Below, piece after piece: positions 1-11,180 of a DNA stretch of 33,574 nucleotides. Below the pieces are notes generated by a model that saw nothing but the letters and a program-made list of their open reading frames with translations, searched no databases and was not told the DNA's origin. The DNA is from Octopus sinensis (Eukaryota). Numbering within the stretch: position 1 is the stretch's first letter; the number at the start of each line of letters is the position of its first letter. Both the position numbers and the translations under genes were made by a program. Where the stretch lies: the NCBI RefSeq assembly GCF_006345805.1, contig NW_021833308.1, positions 1-33,574 on the forward strand. Direction: 5' to 3'.

Positions 1-309
1 TGTCCCTTTAGGTGTCTTTCTGGATTCAATGAACACCAGTACAGTTTTATAAAGTGGGGTTTGATTCCTATGTGACACACCAGTGTTTTCATATGTGTAT
101 AAAATTCAATAAAAAATGGTGTAGCACTTGACACCAGTAAAACCTTCAACTTTGTATGGCAAGAGGACTTCTTTAAAAAGTCACCATCCATTTATCGGCT
201 CCATCTGTCTCTCATCTCTTGGACTGAATACTTCCCGCCAGAACACCCCATTGCAGTGTGTGATGGATTTCTTTCTCACTCACATTCCATCAATTCTGTC
301 ATGTCTCAA
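1..309 (+). pseudogene. Degenerate non-LTR retrotransposon reverse-transcriptase fragment (CR1/L2/Jockey group)
   Basis: Manual frame +1 translation: ..NEHQYSF..*..*..VALDTSKTFNFVWQEDFFKK..SLISWTEYF..AVCDGFLSHSHSINSVMSQ. This follows the LINE RT motif order QYGF / xALDISKAFDxVWH / INSGVPQG. In-frame stops at 73-75 and 100-102. Confidence 0.7.
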
Positions 310-491
310 TGTTTGGATAAATATTTATAAAAATGTCGATGATGAGGATTAGAGAAAAGAGGTGAAGAAAGAAATGAAATATCATGGACAAATATATGTG
401 GCTACTTTTCATATTGTGTATAAAACATTTCATATTGTGTATAAAATAATAAACAGTCAAATTTGAGAAGGCAATAAAGAGAACAACTTAC

Positions 492-571
492 TATTGTTGG
501 ATCATTTTTCACTAATTTTTGAATTCCTTCGACGTCACCATTTCTAATTTTCTGTTCGATATCCTTCATGT
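492..571 (-). CDS. Candidate internal coding exon (80 nt, phase 1 to 0): xDMKDIEQKIRNGDVEGIQKLVKNDPTI, ankyrin-like helix pair
   Basis: On the minus strand: T-rich tract ending ...ttattcaaaAG| at 573-572 and perfect donor ATA|GTAAGT at 491-486. The frame is open and the peptide resembles the start of an ankyrin repeat (inference only). Confidence 0.5.
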
Positions 572-1097
572 CTTTTGAATAAAAACAGTCAAAAAAGAAA
601 GAAAGCAAAACAGTTTTAAAAAAACTTATAAAATGAGTTAAACAACAATAAACAGAAGTTGATGGTTCTAAAATATTGCAAAAGATAACATTGATATTGT
701 AAACTTCAGTTTATCTAAAGTATTATTCATAGCTGAATGTTCTTCCTGACACTAATAAACCTAACAACAGTCATTGTGTTGTGTCTCTAGGTTAGCTACA
801 TTCCTCTGCTTACATCTTGAGCTATAAATCTGTGGATCATACCCCAGCTAGGGTGGGGGCTCTTTATATGAAAAATAAATTGATTCTCTAAAGAAAGGTA
901 GAATTATGAAAACTAGTAAAAGAATCAATGACACAGAGTTTATACAATAAAACCTCCTGTATTGATCTTTGATTTCATCTCAACTACTTTGCGAATATTT
1001 CGACAGACACTATCAACAAGTGCTTACTTTATAAATTTTTGCAAATATCTTTATGACTATTTCATAATTATTTTAATAAATTTCCATTATGTGTATG

Positions 1098-1154
<57 letters not shown>

Positions 1155-1564
1155 GCAGGCGCAGGAGTGGCTGTGTGGTAAGTAGCTTGTTTACCAACCA
1201 CATGGTTCCGGGTTCAGTCCCACTGCGCGGCATCTTGGGCAAGTGTCTTCTACTATAGCCTCGGACCGACCAAAGCCTTGTGAGTGGATTTGGTAGACGG
1301 AAACTGAAAGAAGCCTGTCGTATATATGTATATATATGTGTGTATGTGTGTGTGTGTTTGTGTGTCTGTGTTTGTCCCTCTAGCATTGCTTGACAACCGA
1401 TGCTGGTGTGTTTATGTCCCCGTTACTTAGCAGTTCTGCAAAAGAGACCGATAGAATAAGTACTGGGCTTACAAAGAATAAGTCCCGGGGTCGATTTGAT
1501 CGACTAAAGGCGGTGCTCCAGCATGGCCGCAGTCAAATGACTGAAACAAGTAAAATAGTAAAGA

Positions 1565-1565
<1 letters not shown>
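1155..1565 (+). mobile_element. SINE family A (tRNA head + CORE-like domain + internal (TA)(TG)n + 3' module)
   Basis: A-box-like GTGGCTGTGTGGTAAG, B-box GGTTCAGTCCC, CORE-like CTTGGGCAAGTGTCTT, tail CCAGCATGGCCGCAGTCAAATGACTGAAACAAGTAAAA. More than 10 copies in the window. Confidence 0.85.
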
Positions 1566-1605
<40 letters not shown>

Positions 1606-1614
1606 TATATCATT

Positions 1615-1757
1615 GCCATCATCACTTAACGTCCACTTTTCATCCATTCATGAGTAAGATGGGTGACAGGAGCAGGCCAGGTAGAAAAAAACTACCCTGG
1701 GCTACTGTCTATTTTATCAGGTATTTTACTGCTGGATGCCCTTCCAAACGCCAACCA
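1615..1757 (-). mobile_element. Degraded 3'-tail fragment of an RTE-type LINE/SINE (second copy ~4234-4377)
   Basis: The minus strand reads ...GGTTGGCGTTTGGAAGGGCATCCAGC...GGAAAAGTGGACGTTAAGTGATGATG, a short (ATG)n-type tail. Family assignment is from recall. Confidence 0.45.
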
Positions 1758-2510
1758 CCAGTTTTGTCCCACTGTATGACACCTTGGGCAAGTACCTTCT
1801 TCTAAATTCCATGGTTGATCAAGGCTTCTGAGTGGATTAAATAGAGATAATCTGAGAGAAGCCCATCGTACACCACTGACAAAATCTGAGGACCAGTGAA
1901 AAAACTGCCAAAATGAAGTTTCTTTTTGTGTGTGTGTACGTGTGCATATATATGTGTGTGTGTTTGTGTGTGTTTGTGTGTATGTGTGTGTGTGTGTGGG
2001 TGTGTGTACTTAAGGTTAGAATTTAAAACTATTTCTTGTGAAGAGTATCGACTTGTAACCTTTAATTAAGATCTTAATACATAAGCATTACGATAGATGT
2101 TTTATGAATACATTTGTGTACACTACACGCCGAGACAAAAGCTGGGTGACTGCTAGTATATATTACACACACATACACATGGTAGACTTAATAATATAGG
2201 CTAAGAGAAGAATAACAGAGGGAGGAAATGGAGGAAGCAGAGGCATTGAAATAAACACTGGGTCTACATTGAGGGAAAATAAGTTGAAAAACAGCATCAG
2301 AAGATCTGACCTCTCTGGTTTGTTTAAATTCAAAAGTGGTCAACCAGACGTGAAGTCTTGTGAAGCCACATACATCAGATCAACTAGAAGACAGATTCAC
2401 CACAGACTGAGAAAGCATTCCCTCAAGACCACACCACCCAGGGCTTTATTCTAACAATGTCAATATTGCCAAGGGAAATATCGCACCAGGATTATAGAAA
2501 GAGGCGTAGA

Positions 2511-2857
2511 TGATGGAAGCACTCCGTCGGTTACGACGACGAGGGTTCCGGTTGATCCGATCAACGGAACAGCCTGCTCGTGAAATTAACGTGTAAGTGA
2601 CTGAGCACTCCACAGACACGTGTACCCTTAACGTAGTTCTCGGGGATATTCAGCGTGATACAGTGAGTGACAAGTTCGGCCCTTTGAAATACAAGTACAG
2701 CAGAAATAGGAAGTAAGAGTGAGAGAAAGTTGTGGTGAAAGAGTACAGCAGGGATCACCACCATCCCTGCCAGAGCCTCGTGGAGCTTTAGGTGTTTTCG
2801 CTCAATAAACACTCACAACGCCCGGTCTGGGAATCGAAACCGCGATCCTACAACCGC
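2511..2857 (-). mobile_element. SINE family C, 5'-truncated
   Basis: Minus-strand B-box GGTTTCGATTCCCAGACCGGG and body ending GTCGTAACCGACGGAGTGC. Homologous to 5770-6116, 16905-17625 and 27822-28728. Confidence 0.75.
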
Positions 2858-3166
2858 TGATATCAACCACTGAATGACAAAGATCCACTTCTTTAGAAGC
2901 ACAGCACGAAGTTTGAAGCTCTGAAGTGAGCCAGACGAATGGAATAATTTACTGCATTCAGGAATATTAATCGCTACTTGTCAATTATACACATAAAATT
3001 AAAAATTAATGTAAAATATTTCCTTTTTTTAGCTGAAGGCAGAAATTTATTGTAGAGATTGCATTAAATTATATGAAGAAAATAGAGTTTATATTTTTTA
3101 TATTCCTGTAAAATTGACTTACAAATTAAAATATTTCCTTGAAATACAAAATTCCATCAGGTATAA

Positions 3167-3560
3167 TCTTTATATATAAAAGTAAGGTTGTGTGTCTGTC
3201 TCCTACGATTTAGATTCCTAACTACTCCCACATTTTGCGGTGCAGTTTAACCAAAACCGGTTATCTTATAGTCGTAATTCATATCGAGCCCTTCTGGGTA
3301 TTAGCGCGTGTCTACGATGAGTCTACGATTTTAAAAAAAATTACCATCATTTTTTCCATTTTAATGCATTTTTTCGCTATTATATAAGGGAAGTAACTCT
3401 CTAAAAATGTCTACGATGAGTCAACGATTTTTAAAAAAATTATCATCATTTTTTTTCCATTTTTAATGCATTTTTTTGCTACTTTTTGGCTATAACTCTC
3501 TAAAAATGCTTTATAGTTATTTCCCTTACAAACCCAAGCAACGCCGAGCGATACTGCTAG
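3167..3560 (+). mobile_element. Non-autonomous Helitron (394 bp)
   Basis: Starts A|TCTTTATATATAAAA and ends with a degenerate GC-rich hairpin (CCCAAGCAACGCCGAGCG) then CTGCTAG|T, i.e. TC...CTAG between A and T. Contains an internal ~100-bp tandem duplication. Confidence 0.8.
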
Positions 3561-3700
3561 TTAGGTATAATTTTCTTCCTTTAAATTTCCTCACATATAT
3601 TTATTTCAACCTTTCTATTCTTATAAAAATGCAGGACACATGTATATAGTTTATATAATGGCTTGAGAAAAACATAAATGGGAATAGAAGAGCATTTGTA

Positions 3701-3759
<59 letters not shown>

Positions 3760-3760
3760 C

Positions 3761-4169
3761 GCAGGCGCAGGAGTGGCTGTGTGGTAAGTAGCTTGTTTAC
3801 CAACCACATGGTTCCGGGTTCAGTCCCACTGCGCGGCACCTTGGGCAAGTGTCTTCTACTATAGCCTCGGACCGACCAAAGCCTTGTGAGTGGATTTGGT
3901 AGACGGAAACTGAAAGAAGCCTGTCGTATATATGTATATATATGTGTGTATGTGTGTGTGTTTGTGTGTCTGTGTTTGTCCCTCTAGCATTGCTTGACAA
4001 CCGATGCTGGTGTGTTTATGTCCCCGTTACTTAGCAGTTCTGCAAAAGAGACCGATAGAATAAGTACTGGGCTTACAAAGAATAAGTCCCGGGGTCGATT
4101 TGATCGACTAAAGGCGGTGCTCCAGCATGGCCGCAGTCAAATGACTGAAACAAGTAAAATAGTAAAGAG
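3761..4169 (+). mobile_element. SINE family A (duplicate of 1155-1565)
   Basis: Near-identical to 1155-1565. Confidence 0.85.
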
Positions 4170-4221
<52 letters not shown>

Positions 4222-4701
4222 TCATATATCATTGCCATCATCACTTAACGTCCACTTTTCATCCATTCATGAGTAAGATGGGTGACAGGAGCAGGCCAGG
4301 TAGAAAAAAACTACCCTGGGCTACTGTCTATTTTATCAGGTATTTTACTGCTGGATGCCCTTCCAAACGCCAACCACCAGTTTTGTCCCACTGTATGACA
4401 CCTTGGGCAAGTACCTTCTTCTAAATTCCATGGTTGATCAAGGCTTCTGAGTGGATTAAATAGAGATAATCTGAGAGAAGCCCATCGTACACCACTGACA
4501 AAATCTGAGGACCAGTGAAAAAACTGCCAAAATGAAGTTTTTTTTGTGTGTGTGTACGTATTCATATGTATATCATCATCATCATCATCATCATCATCGT
4601 TATATATGCACACACCTGCTTGAGTGTGTGTGTGTATGTTTCCATTTGCTTTCACTGAAAATTGCTCAGCTATGAACGATTATCATTTTCCCTGTTAATA
4701 G

Positions 4702-4737
4702 ACAAACCATTGGAATAAGTGATCCCATGAACAACAG
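4702..4737 (+). other. Candidate 36-nt microexon (phase 2-2), QTIGISDPMNN
   Basis: ttttccctgttaatAG| ... CAG|GTAAGG. Only one frame is open. A paralog at 19754-19789 keeps both splice sites and the frame. Confidence 0.25.
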
Positions 4738-4901
4738 GTAAGGGTTAATAACATGAAGGGGATTCAGATGCAAAAAGAATGGATTGATAATATACTCATA
4801 CAACCCATGGTAGTATGGAGGAAAGGTGTAAAATGATTGCTTTATATGCATATACGTACATATATAAGTCTATGTATGTGTATACTCGTGTGCATGTGTG
4901 A

Positions 4902-5142
4902 GTAGCTGTATGGCATAGTGATTCGGGTGTTACCCTCACAATAGCTAGATCGTGTGTTTGATTCTTGCAATGCCGTTCCTTTCCCATTGCTGTAAATGGT
5001 GGACCATACGATGGACAAGACTTCCGAATGTTCGCCTGCTTTCCTAAAGAGTGGAGTGTCATCATTCAAAACGTAAAACGATGCAAAGCACATTGTGACC
5101 AGTGATGTGTAACGTGTGACAGTATAGTCGATCGTGTGACTA
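4902..5142 (+). mobile_element. Degraded tRNA-derived SINE (family D)
   Basis: A-box-like TGGCATAGTGA (4911-4921) and B-box-like GTTTGATTC (~4956), followed by a non-tRNA body. Single copy in the window. Confidence 0.45.
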
Positions 5143-5769
5143 CATGATTATATATATATGTATATATATATATATGTTTGTGTGTGTGTGTGTGTCTGTG
5201 TGTCTTTTGTTTTCTGTAAATTTGTCTGTGTGTGTGTGTGTGGTGTGTGTGTGTGTGGGTGTGTGTACTTAAGGTTAGAATTTAAAACTATTTCTTGTGA
5301 AGAGTATCGACTTGTAACCTTTAATTAAGATCTTAATACATAAGCATTACGATAGATGTTTTATGAATACATTTGTGTACACTACACGCCGAGACAAAAG
5401 CTGGGTGACTGCTAGTATATATTACACACACATACACATGGTAGACTTAATAATATAGGCTAAGAGAAGAATAACAGAGGGAGGAAATGGAGGAAGCAGA
5501 GGCATTGAAATAAACACTGGGTCTACATTGAGGGAAAATAAGTTGAAAAACAGCATCAGAAGATCTGACCTCTCTGGTTTGTTTAAATTCAAAAGTGGTC
5601 AACCAGACGTGAAGTCTTGTGAAGCCACATACATCAGATCAACTAGAAGACAGATTCACCACAGACTGAGAAAGCATTCCCTCAAGACCACACCACCCAG
5701 GGCTTTATTCTAACAATGTCAATATTGCCAAGGGAAATATCGCACCAGGATTATAGAAAGAGGCGTAGA

Positions 5770-6116
5770 TGATGGAAGCACTCCGTCGGTTACGACGACG
5801 AGGGTTCCGGTTGATCCGATCAACGGAACAGCCTGCTCGTGAAATTAACGTGTAAGTGACTGAGCACTCCACAGACACGTGTACCCTTAACGTAGTTCTC
5901 GGGGATATTCAGCGTGATACAGTGAGTGACAAGTTCGGCCCTTTGAAATACAAGTACAGCAGAAATAGGAAGTAAGAGTGAGAGAAAGTTGTGGTGAAAG
6001 AGTACAGCAGGGATCACCACCATCCCTGCCAGAGCCTCGTGGAGCTTTAGGTGTTTTCGCTCAATAAACACTCACAACGCCCGGTCTGGGAATCGAAACC
6101 GCGATCCTACGACCGC
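5770..6116 (-). mobile_element. SINE family C (duplicate of 2511-2857)
   Basis: Near-identical at offset 3259. Confidence 0.75.
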
Positions 6117-6425
6117 TGATATCAACCACTGAATGACAAAGATCCACTTCTTTAGAAGCACAGCACGAAGTTTGAAGCTCTGAAGTGAGCCAGACGAATG
6201 GAATAATTTACTGCATTCAGGAATATTAATCGCTACTTGTCAATTATACACATAAAATTAAAAATTAATGTAAAATATTTCCTTTTTTTAGCTGAAGGCA
6301 GAAATTTATTGTAGAGATTGCATTAAATTATATGAAGAAAATAGAGTTTATATTTTTTATATTCCTGTAAAATTGACTTACAAATTAAAATATTTCCTTG
6401 AAATACAAAATTCCATCAGGTATAA

Positions 6426-6818
6426 TCTTTATATATAAAAGTAAGGTTGTGTGTCTGCCTCCTACGATTTAGATTCCTAACTACTCCCACATTTTGCGGT
6501 GCAGTTTAACCAAAACCGGTTATCTTATAGTCGTAATTCATATCGAGCCCTTCTGGGTATTAGCGCGTGTCTACGATGAGTCTACGATTTTAAAAAAAAT
6601 TACCATCATTTTTTCCATTTTAATGCATTTTTTCGCTATTATATAAGGGAAGTAACTCTCTAAAAATGTCTACGATGAGTCAACGATTTTTAAAAAAATT
6701 ATCATCATTTTTTTCCATTTTTAATGCATTTTTTTGCTACTTTTTGGCTATAACTCTCTAAAAATGCTTTATAGTTATTTCCCTTACAAACCCAAGCAAC
6801 GCCGAGCGATACTGCTAG
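6426..6818 (+). mobile_element. Non-autonomous Helitron (duplicate of 3167-3560)
   Basis: Same TC...CTAG termini and hairpin. Confidence 0.8.
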
Positions 6819-6958
6819 TTAGGTATAATTTTCTTCCTTTAAATTTCCTCACATATATTTATTTCAACCTTTCTATTCTTATAAAAATGCAGGACACATG
6901 TATATAGTTTATATAATGGCTTGAGAAAAACATAAATGGGAATAGAAGAGCATTTGTA

Positions 6959-7021
<63 letters not shown>

Positions 7022-7034
7022 CATTTGTATGTGC

Positions 7035-7083
<49 letters not shown>

Positions 7084-7739
7084 GAGAGAGCATTTGTATG
7101 TGCATATATATATATATATATATTGGTAAAAACGGTAAGATAACAAAAGAAAGAAAGAGACCTCAATATTATGTAAATAGAGGCAATTCTCTATAAAATA
7201 ATATGTTACAATTACTCAATAGAATATTCTATGTAATATGCTTCCATATTAAATTCTTCTGTGTGTAAGAGTCCTCAACCGATGTTAGGCGATAAACCAA
7301 ATATGCCGTATTAGCTCTTAGTGAATATATATATAAATGCACAAATAATTTACATTATTAAAACATGCTATAAATTAATAATTACTGACTAATTAGAGTA
7401 GAAATACGTACATGACTTTTAAAAAAATATTTGGGTTTATATGATTGATTAAACACCCAAGTCTAAGCTCCAGCGTGGCCACAACCCAATGCTTTAAATA
7501 ATAAAACGCATGACCCACATATCATATGTATAACTTGAAATCTCTCCACCACCAACACCGTTTAGTCTCTTAATCTCTCCCTCTCCCTCTCTCCCTCTCT
7601 TTCTCTCTCTATAAACGACAAACCCACTTTTCAATTATTATTCACCTCTTTCTCCTTTACAAATCTACACTTTTATATAATCATTTTATTTCCTCATCTA
7701 TTCTACTGGTAATTCCAGAGAAATCAAACATAATTTCCT

Positions 7740-7915
7740 ATTCTACTCTCGGTACAAGACCCGAAATTTTGGAGGAGGAGGCCAGTCGATTAGGTCGACC
7801 CCAGTACGTAACTGGTACTCAATTTATCGACAGCGAAAGGATGAAAGGCAAAATTGACCTCGGCGGAATTTGACTTCAGAACGTAAAGACAGACGAAATA
7901 CCGCTTAGCATTTCG
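7740..7915 (-). mobile_element. SINE family M (Meta-domain-like), partial; duplicate at ~10671-10845
   Basis: Reverse complement of the B-box region TTCTGAAGTCAAATTCCGCCGAGG + TTTGCCTTTCATCCTTT..GTCGATAAATTGAGTACCAG + 3' tail. Confidence 0.75.
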
Positions 7916-8170
7916 TAAATTTTTTTTCTTTCCCACAAGGGGACAACACAGAGGGGACAGTACAATCTGATATGGGGTCAGATTTAACGTATGAATCGAC
8001 ACAAAGATGGATTTTAAAATTTTACATAAATATGAAGAGTTCGGATGATAAAATATACAACATTACAGAATGGAGTGGGGATACGGGATATGCTTGGACC
8101 CCACGAGCCCAGCCTCCCCACTGAGGCTTTGGGTTCATCCTGCATTGTATTCATGCAGTTCCAACCGTAC

Positions 8171-8250
8171 CCAGCTTTCGGGCGACATTCTTCCATCGAT
8201 CTGGAAACATTTTCGCGGACAGGCATTTTCTCTCAAACCCTATTTTCCTT
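8171..8250 (-). CDS. Candidate coding exon (80 nt, phase 2 to 1): RKIGFERKCLSAKMFPDRWKNVARKL(G/D)
   Basis: Long pyrimidine tract cattctatctctgcccctttttctccaccttccacctaAG| and donor CTGG|GTACGG. The frame is open, and the phase-1 end is compatible with exon 492-571. Confidence 0.45.
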
Positions 8251-8380
8251 CTTAGGTGGAAGGTGGAGAAAAAGGGGCAGAGATAGAATGCCTATTATTA
8301 ACCCTATTCTTAATTCACACAGCAGTTTAGAGACTCCGCCGTTCGTGCATAATAAACTTTATAATCATTCTAAACAATAA

Positions 8381-8948
8381 GGCGGCGAGCTGGCTGAAAC
8401 ATTAGCACGCCGAGCGAAATGCGCAGCCGTATTTCGTTTGCCGTTACGTTCTGAGTTCAAATTCCGCCGAGGTCGCCTTTGCCTTTCATCGTTTCTAGGT
8501 CGATAAATTAAGTACCAGTTACGCACTGGGGTCAATATAATCGATTTAATCCGTTTGTCCCCTCTGTGTTTAGTCCATTGAGGGTAGTAAAGAAATAGGT
8601 ATTTTATCTGCCGCTACAGTCTGAGTTCAAATTCCGCCGAGGTCGACTTTGCCTTTCATCGTTTCGGGGTCGATAAATTAAATACCAGTTACGCACTGGG
8701 TCGCTGTAATCGATTTAATCCGTTTGTCTGTCCTTGTTTGTCTTCTCTGTGTTTAGCCCCTTGTGGGTAGTAAAGAAATAGGTATTTTGTCTGTCGCTAC
8801 GTTCTGAGCTCAAATTCCGCCGATGTCGACAGTGCCTTTTTGGGGTCGGTTAAATAAGTACCAGTTACGCACTGGGGTCTATATAATCGATTAACTCCCT
8901 TCCCCACAAATTTTCAAGTCCTTGTGCCAAGAGAAGAAATAATAATTC
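8381..8948 (+). mobile_element. SINE family M with three tandem internal B-box+Meta-like units; duplicate at 11311-11877
   Basis: Head GGCGGCGAGCTGGCTGAAACATTAGCACGCC, B-boxes GAGTTCAAATTCC at 8453, 8623 and ~8806, single tail CTTGTGCCAAGAGAAGAAA. Confidence 0.8.
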
Positions 8949-9191
8949 TAGACAACGTGAAATAATCCTCAGAAGACATCCATCTGATAGATAATATTTA
9001 AGATTACGAGAAAACATATTTAATGCATTCCACATCAAAATGTTAACATAGGATAAAGAAGTGGGGAGAGAAATGTATGCAGTCACCCACTTTTTGAATG
9101 TTTAAACAATTCATACTCTTTCCTACAAGATATAAATATTATTTAAAATACGAGAACAATTATATTTAGATGCAAAATTTAAGAAATATTC

Positions 9192-9635
9192 TTTTCTACT
9201 CAAGACACAAGGCCCCAGATTTGGTGGGAGGTGGCCAGTAGATAAGTGTAATACCAGTACGCGACCAGTACGAAAGGATGAAAGGCAAAGTCGACCTCGG
9301 CGGAATTTGAACTCAGAAAATAAAGACAGACGAAACATCGCTAAGTGTTTCGCCCGGCGTGCTAACGTTTCTGCCAAGCTAGCTGCCTTTTCTTTTCTAC
9401 GATAGGCACAAGGCGAGGGAACCAGTTGATTGGATCGACACCAGTATGCAACTGGTATTTAATTCATCGACCCCAAAAGGATAAAGTGTAAAGTCAACCT
9501 CGGGGGAATTTGAACTCAGAATGTGAAGACGGAGGAAATGCGTTGCAGCATTTCGTTCGGCGTGCTAACGTTTCTGCCAGCTCACGCCTTAGATTAATTA
9601 AAAATTATTTTCTGCTCTAGGCACAAGGGGAGGGA
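9192..9635 (-). mobile_element. Head-to-tail chain of family M SINEs (9192-9388, 9391-9589, tail fragment to ~9635); duplicate ~12121-12565
   Basis: Two complete reverse-complement heads (..GCTAACGTTTCTGCCA..GCC) each with a B-box and tail. Confidence 0.75.
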
Positions 9636-9668
9636 GCGTGATGCTCGAGAAAAATTTAAAACTCTTGT

Positions 9669-9782
9669 ACATATATACATACATACATATATACATATAT
9701 ACATACATACATACATACATATATACATACATACTTACATACATATATACATACATACTTACATACATATATACATACATAC

Positions 9783-9813
<31 letters not shown>

Positions 9814-9902
9814 CATACATACATACATACATACATACTTACATACATACATACATACATATATACATACATACATACATACATACATACATACATACAT
9901 AC

Positions 9903-9960
<58 letters not shown>
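9669..9960. repeat. Compound (TACA)n-(TA)n-(GA)n microsatellite (equivalent tract ~12598-12872)
   Basis: Direct inspection; includes an interrupted 24-nt higher-order period. Confidence 0.95.
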
Positions 9961-9963
<3 letters not shown>

Positions 9964-9975
9964 CATTGTATGTGC

Positions 9976-10014
<39 letters not shown>

Positions 10015-11100
10015 CAGAGAGAGAGAGAGAGCATTTGTATGTGCATATATATATATATATATTGGTAAAAACGGTAAGATAACAAAAGAAAGAAAGAGAC
10101 CTCAATATTATGTAAATAGAGGAAATTCTCTATAAAATAATATGTTACAATTACTCAATAGAATATTCTATGTAATATGCTTCCATATTAAATTCTTCTG
10201 TGTGTAAGAGTCCTCAACCGATGTTAGGCGATAAACCAAATATGCCGTATTAGCTCTTAGTGAATATATATATAAATGCACAAATAATTTACATTATTAA
10301 AACATGCTATAAATTAATAATTACTGACTAATTAGAGTAGAAATACGTACATGACTTTTAAAAAAATATTTGGGTTTATATGATTGATTAAACACCCAAG
10401 TCTAAGCTCCAGCGTGGCCACAACCCAATGCTTTAAATAATAAAACGCATGACCCACATATCATATGTATAACTTGAAATCTCTCCACCACCAACACCGT
10501 TTAGTCTCTTAATCTCTCCCTCTCCCTCTCTTTCTCTCTCTATAAACGACAAACCCACTTTTCAATTATTATTCACCTCTTTCTCCTTTACAAATCTACA
10601 CTTTTATATAATCATTTTATTTCCTCATCTATTCTACTGGTAATTCCAGAGAAATCAAACATAATTTCCTATTCTACTCTCGGTACAAGACCCGAAATTT
10701 TGGAGGAGGAGGCCAGTCGATTAGGTCGACCCCAGTACGTAACTGGTACTCAATTTATCGACAGCGAAGGATGAAAGGCAAAATTGACCTCGGCGGAATT
10801 TGACTTCAGAACGTAAAGACAGACGAAATACCGCTTAGCATTTCGTAAATTTTTTTTCTTTCCCACAAGGGGACAACACAGAGGGGACAGTACAATCTGA
10901 TATGGGGTCAGATTTAACGTATGAATCGACACAAAGATGGATTTTAAAATTTTACATAAATATGAAGAGTTCGGATGATAAAATATACAACATTACAGAA
11001 TGGAGTGGGGATACGGGATATGCTTGGACCCCACGAGCCCAGCCTCCCCACTGAGGCTTTGGGTTCATCCTGCATTGTATTCATGCAGTTCCAACCGTAC

Positions 11101-11180
11101 CCAGCTTTCGGGCGACATTCTTCCATCGATCTGGAAACATTTTCGCGGACAGGCATTTTCTCTCAAACCCTATTTTCCTT
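11101..11180 (-). CDS. Identical second copy of candidate exon 8171-8250
   Basis: Offset 2930; same splice sites and peptide. Confidence 0.4.

Larger units (their letters stand above)
1120..6990. repeat. Tandem duplication A: copy 1 ~1120-3745, copy 2 ~3746-6990 (copy 2 has ~650 bp extra at ~4561-5220)
   Basis: Identical ORF pairs 2269/5528 and 2561/5820 (offset 3259). SINE starts at 1155/3761 (offset 2606). Only scattered SNPs seen. Boundaries lie in (TA)n and are approximate. Confidence 0.9.

Noticed and set aside
128-352. ORF MTPVKPST... from the track
   Set aside because: It is an alternative frame over the RT relic; the meaningful frame is +1.
806-1035. Additional minus-strand exon candidates (donor-like GTAAGC at ~812 and ~1032)
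   Set aside because: Peptides are unremarkable or stop-containing, and phases could not be tied to the other exons.
2121-2156. Helitron-like 3' end (..GCTGGGTGACTGCTAG|T); duplicate ~5380-5415
   Set aside because: No matching TC 5' end and a weak hairpin; too little to call an element.
7270-7325. Possible degenerate hammerhead on the minus strand (CTAAGAG..GC CTAAC ATCG GTT); duplicate ~10210-10265
   Set aside because: Both core boxes are mutated and stem II could not be paired reliably.
8381-8948. Regularly spaced repeats resembling a CRISPR array (also 27897-28477)
   Set aside because: Units are 170-184 bp SINE segments with a conserved linker rather than unique spacers; eukaryotic context and no cas genes.
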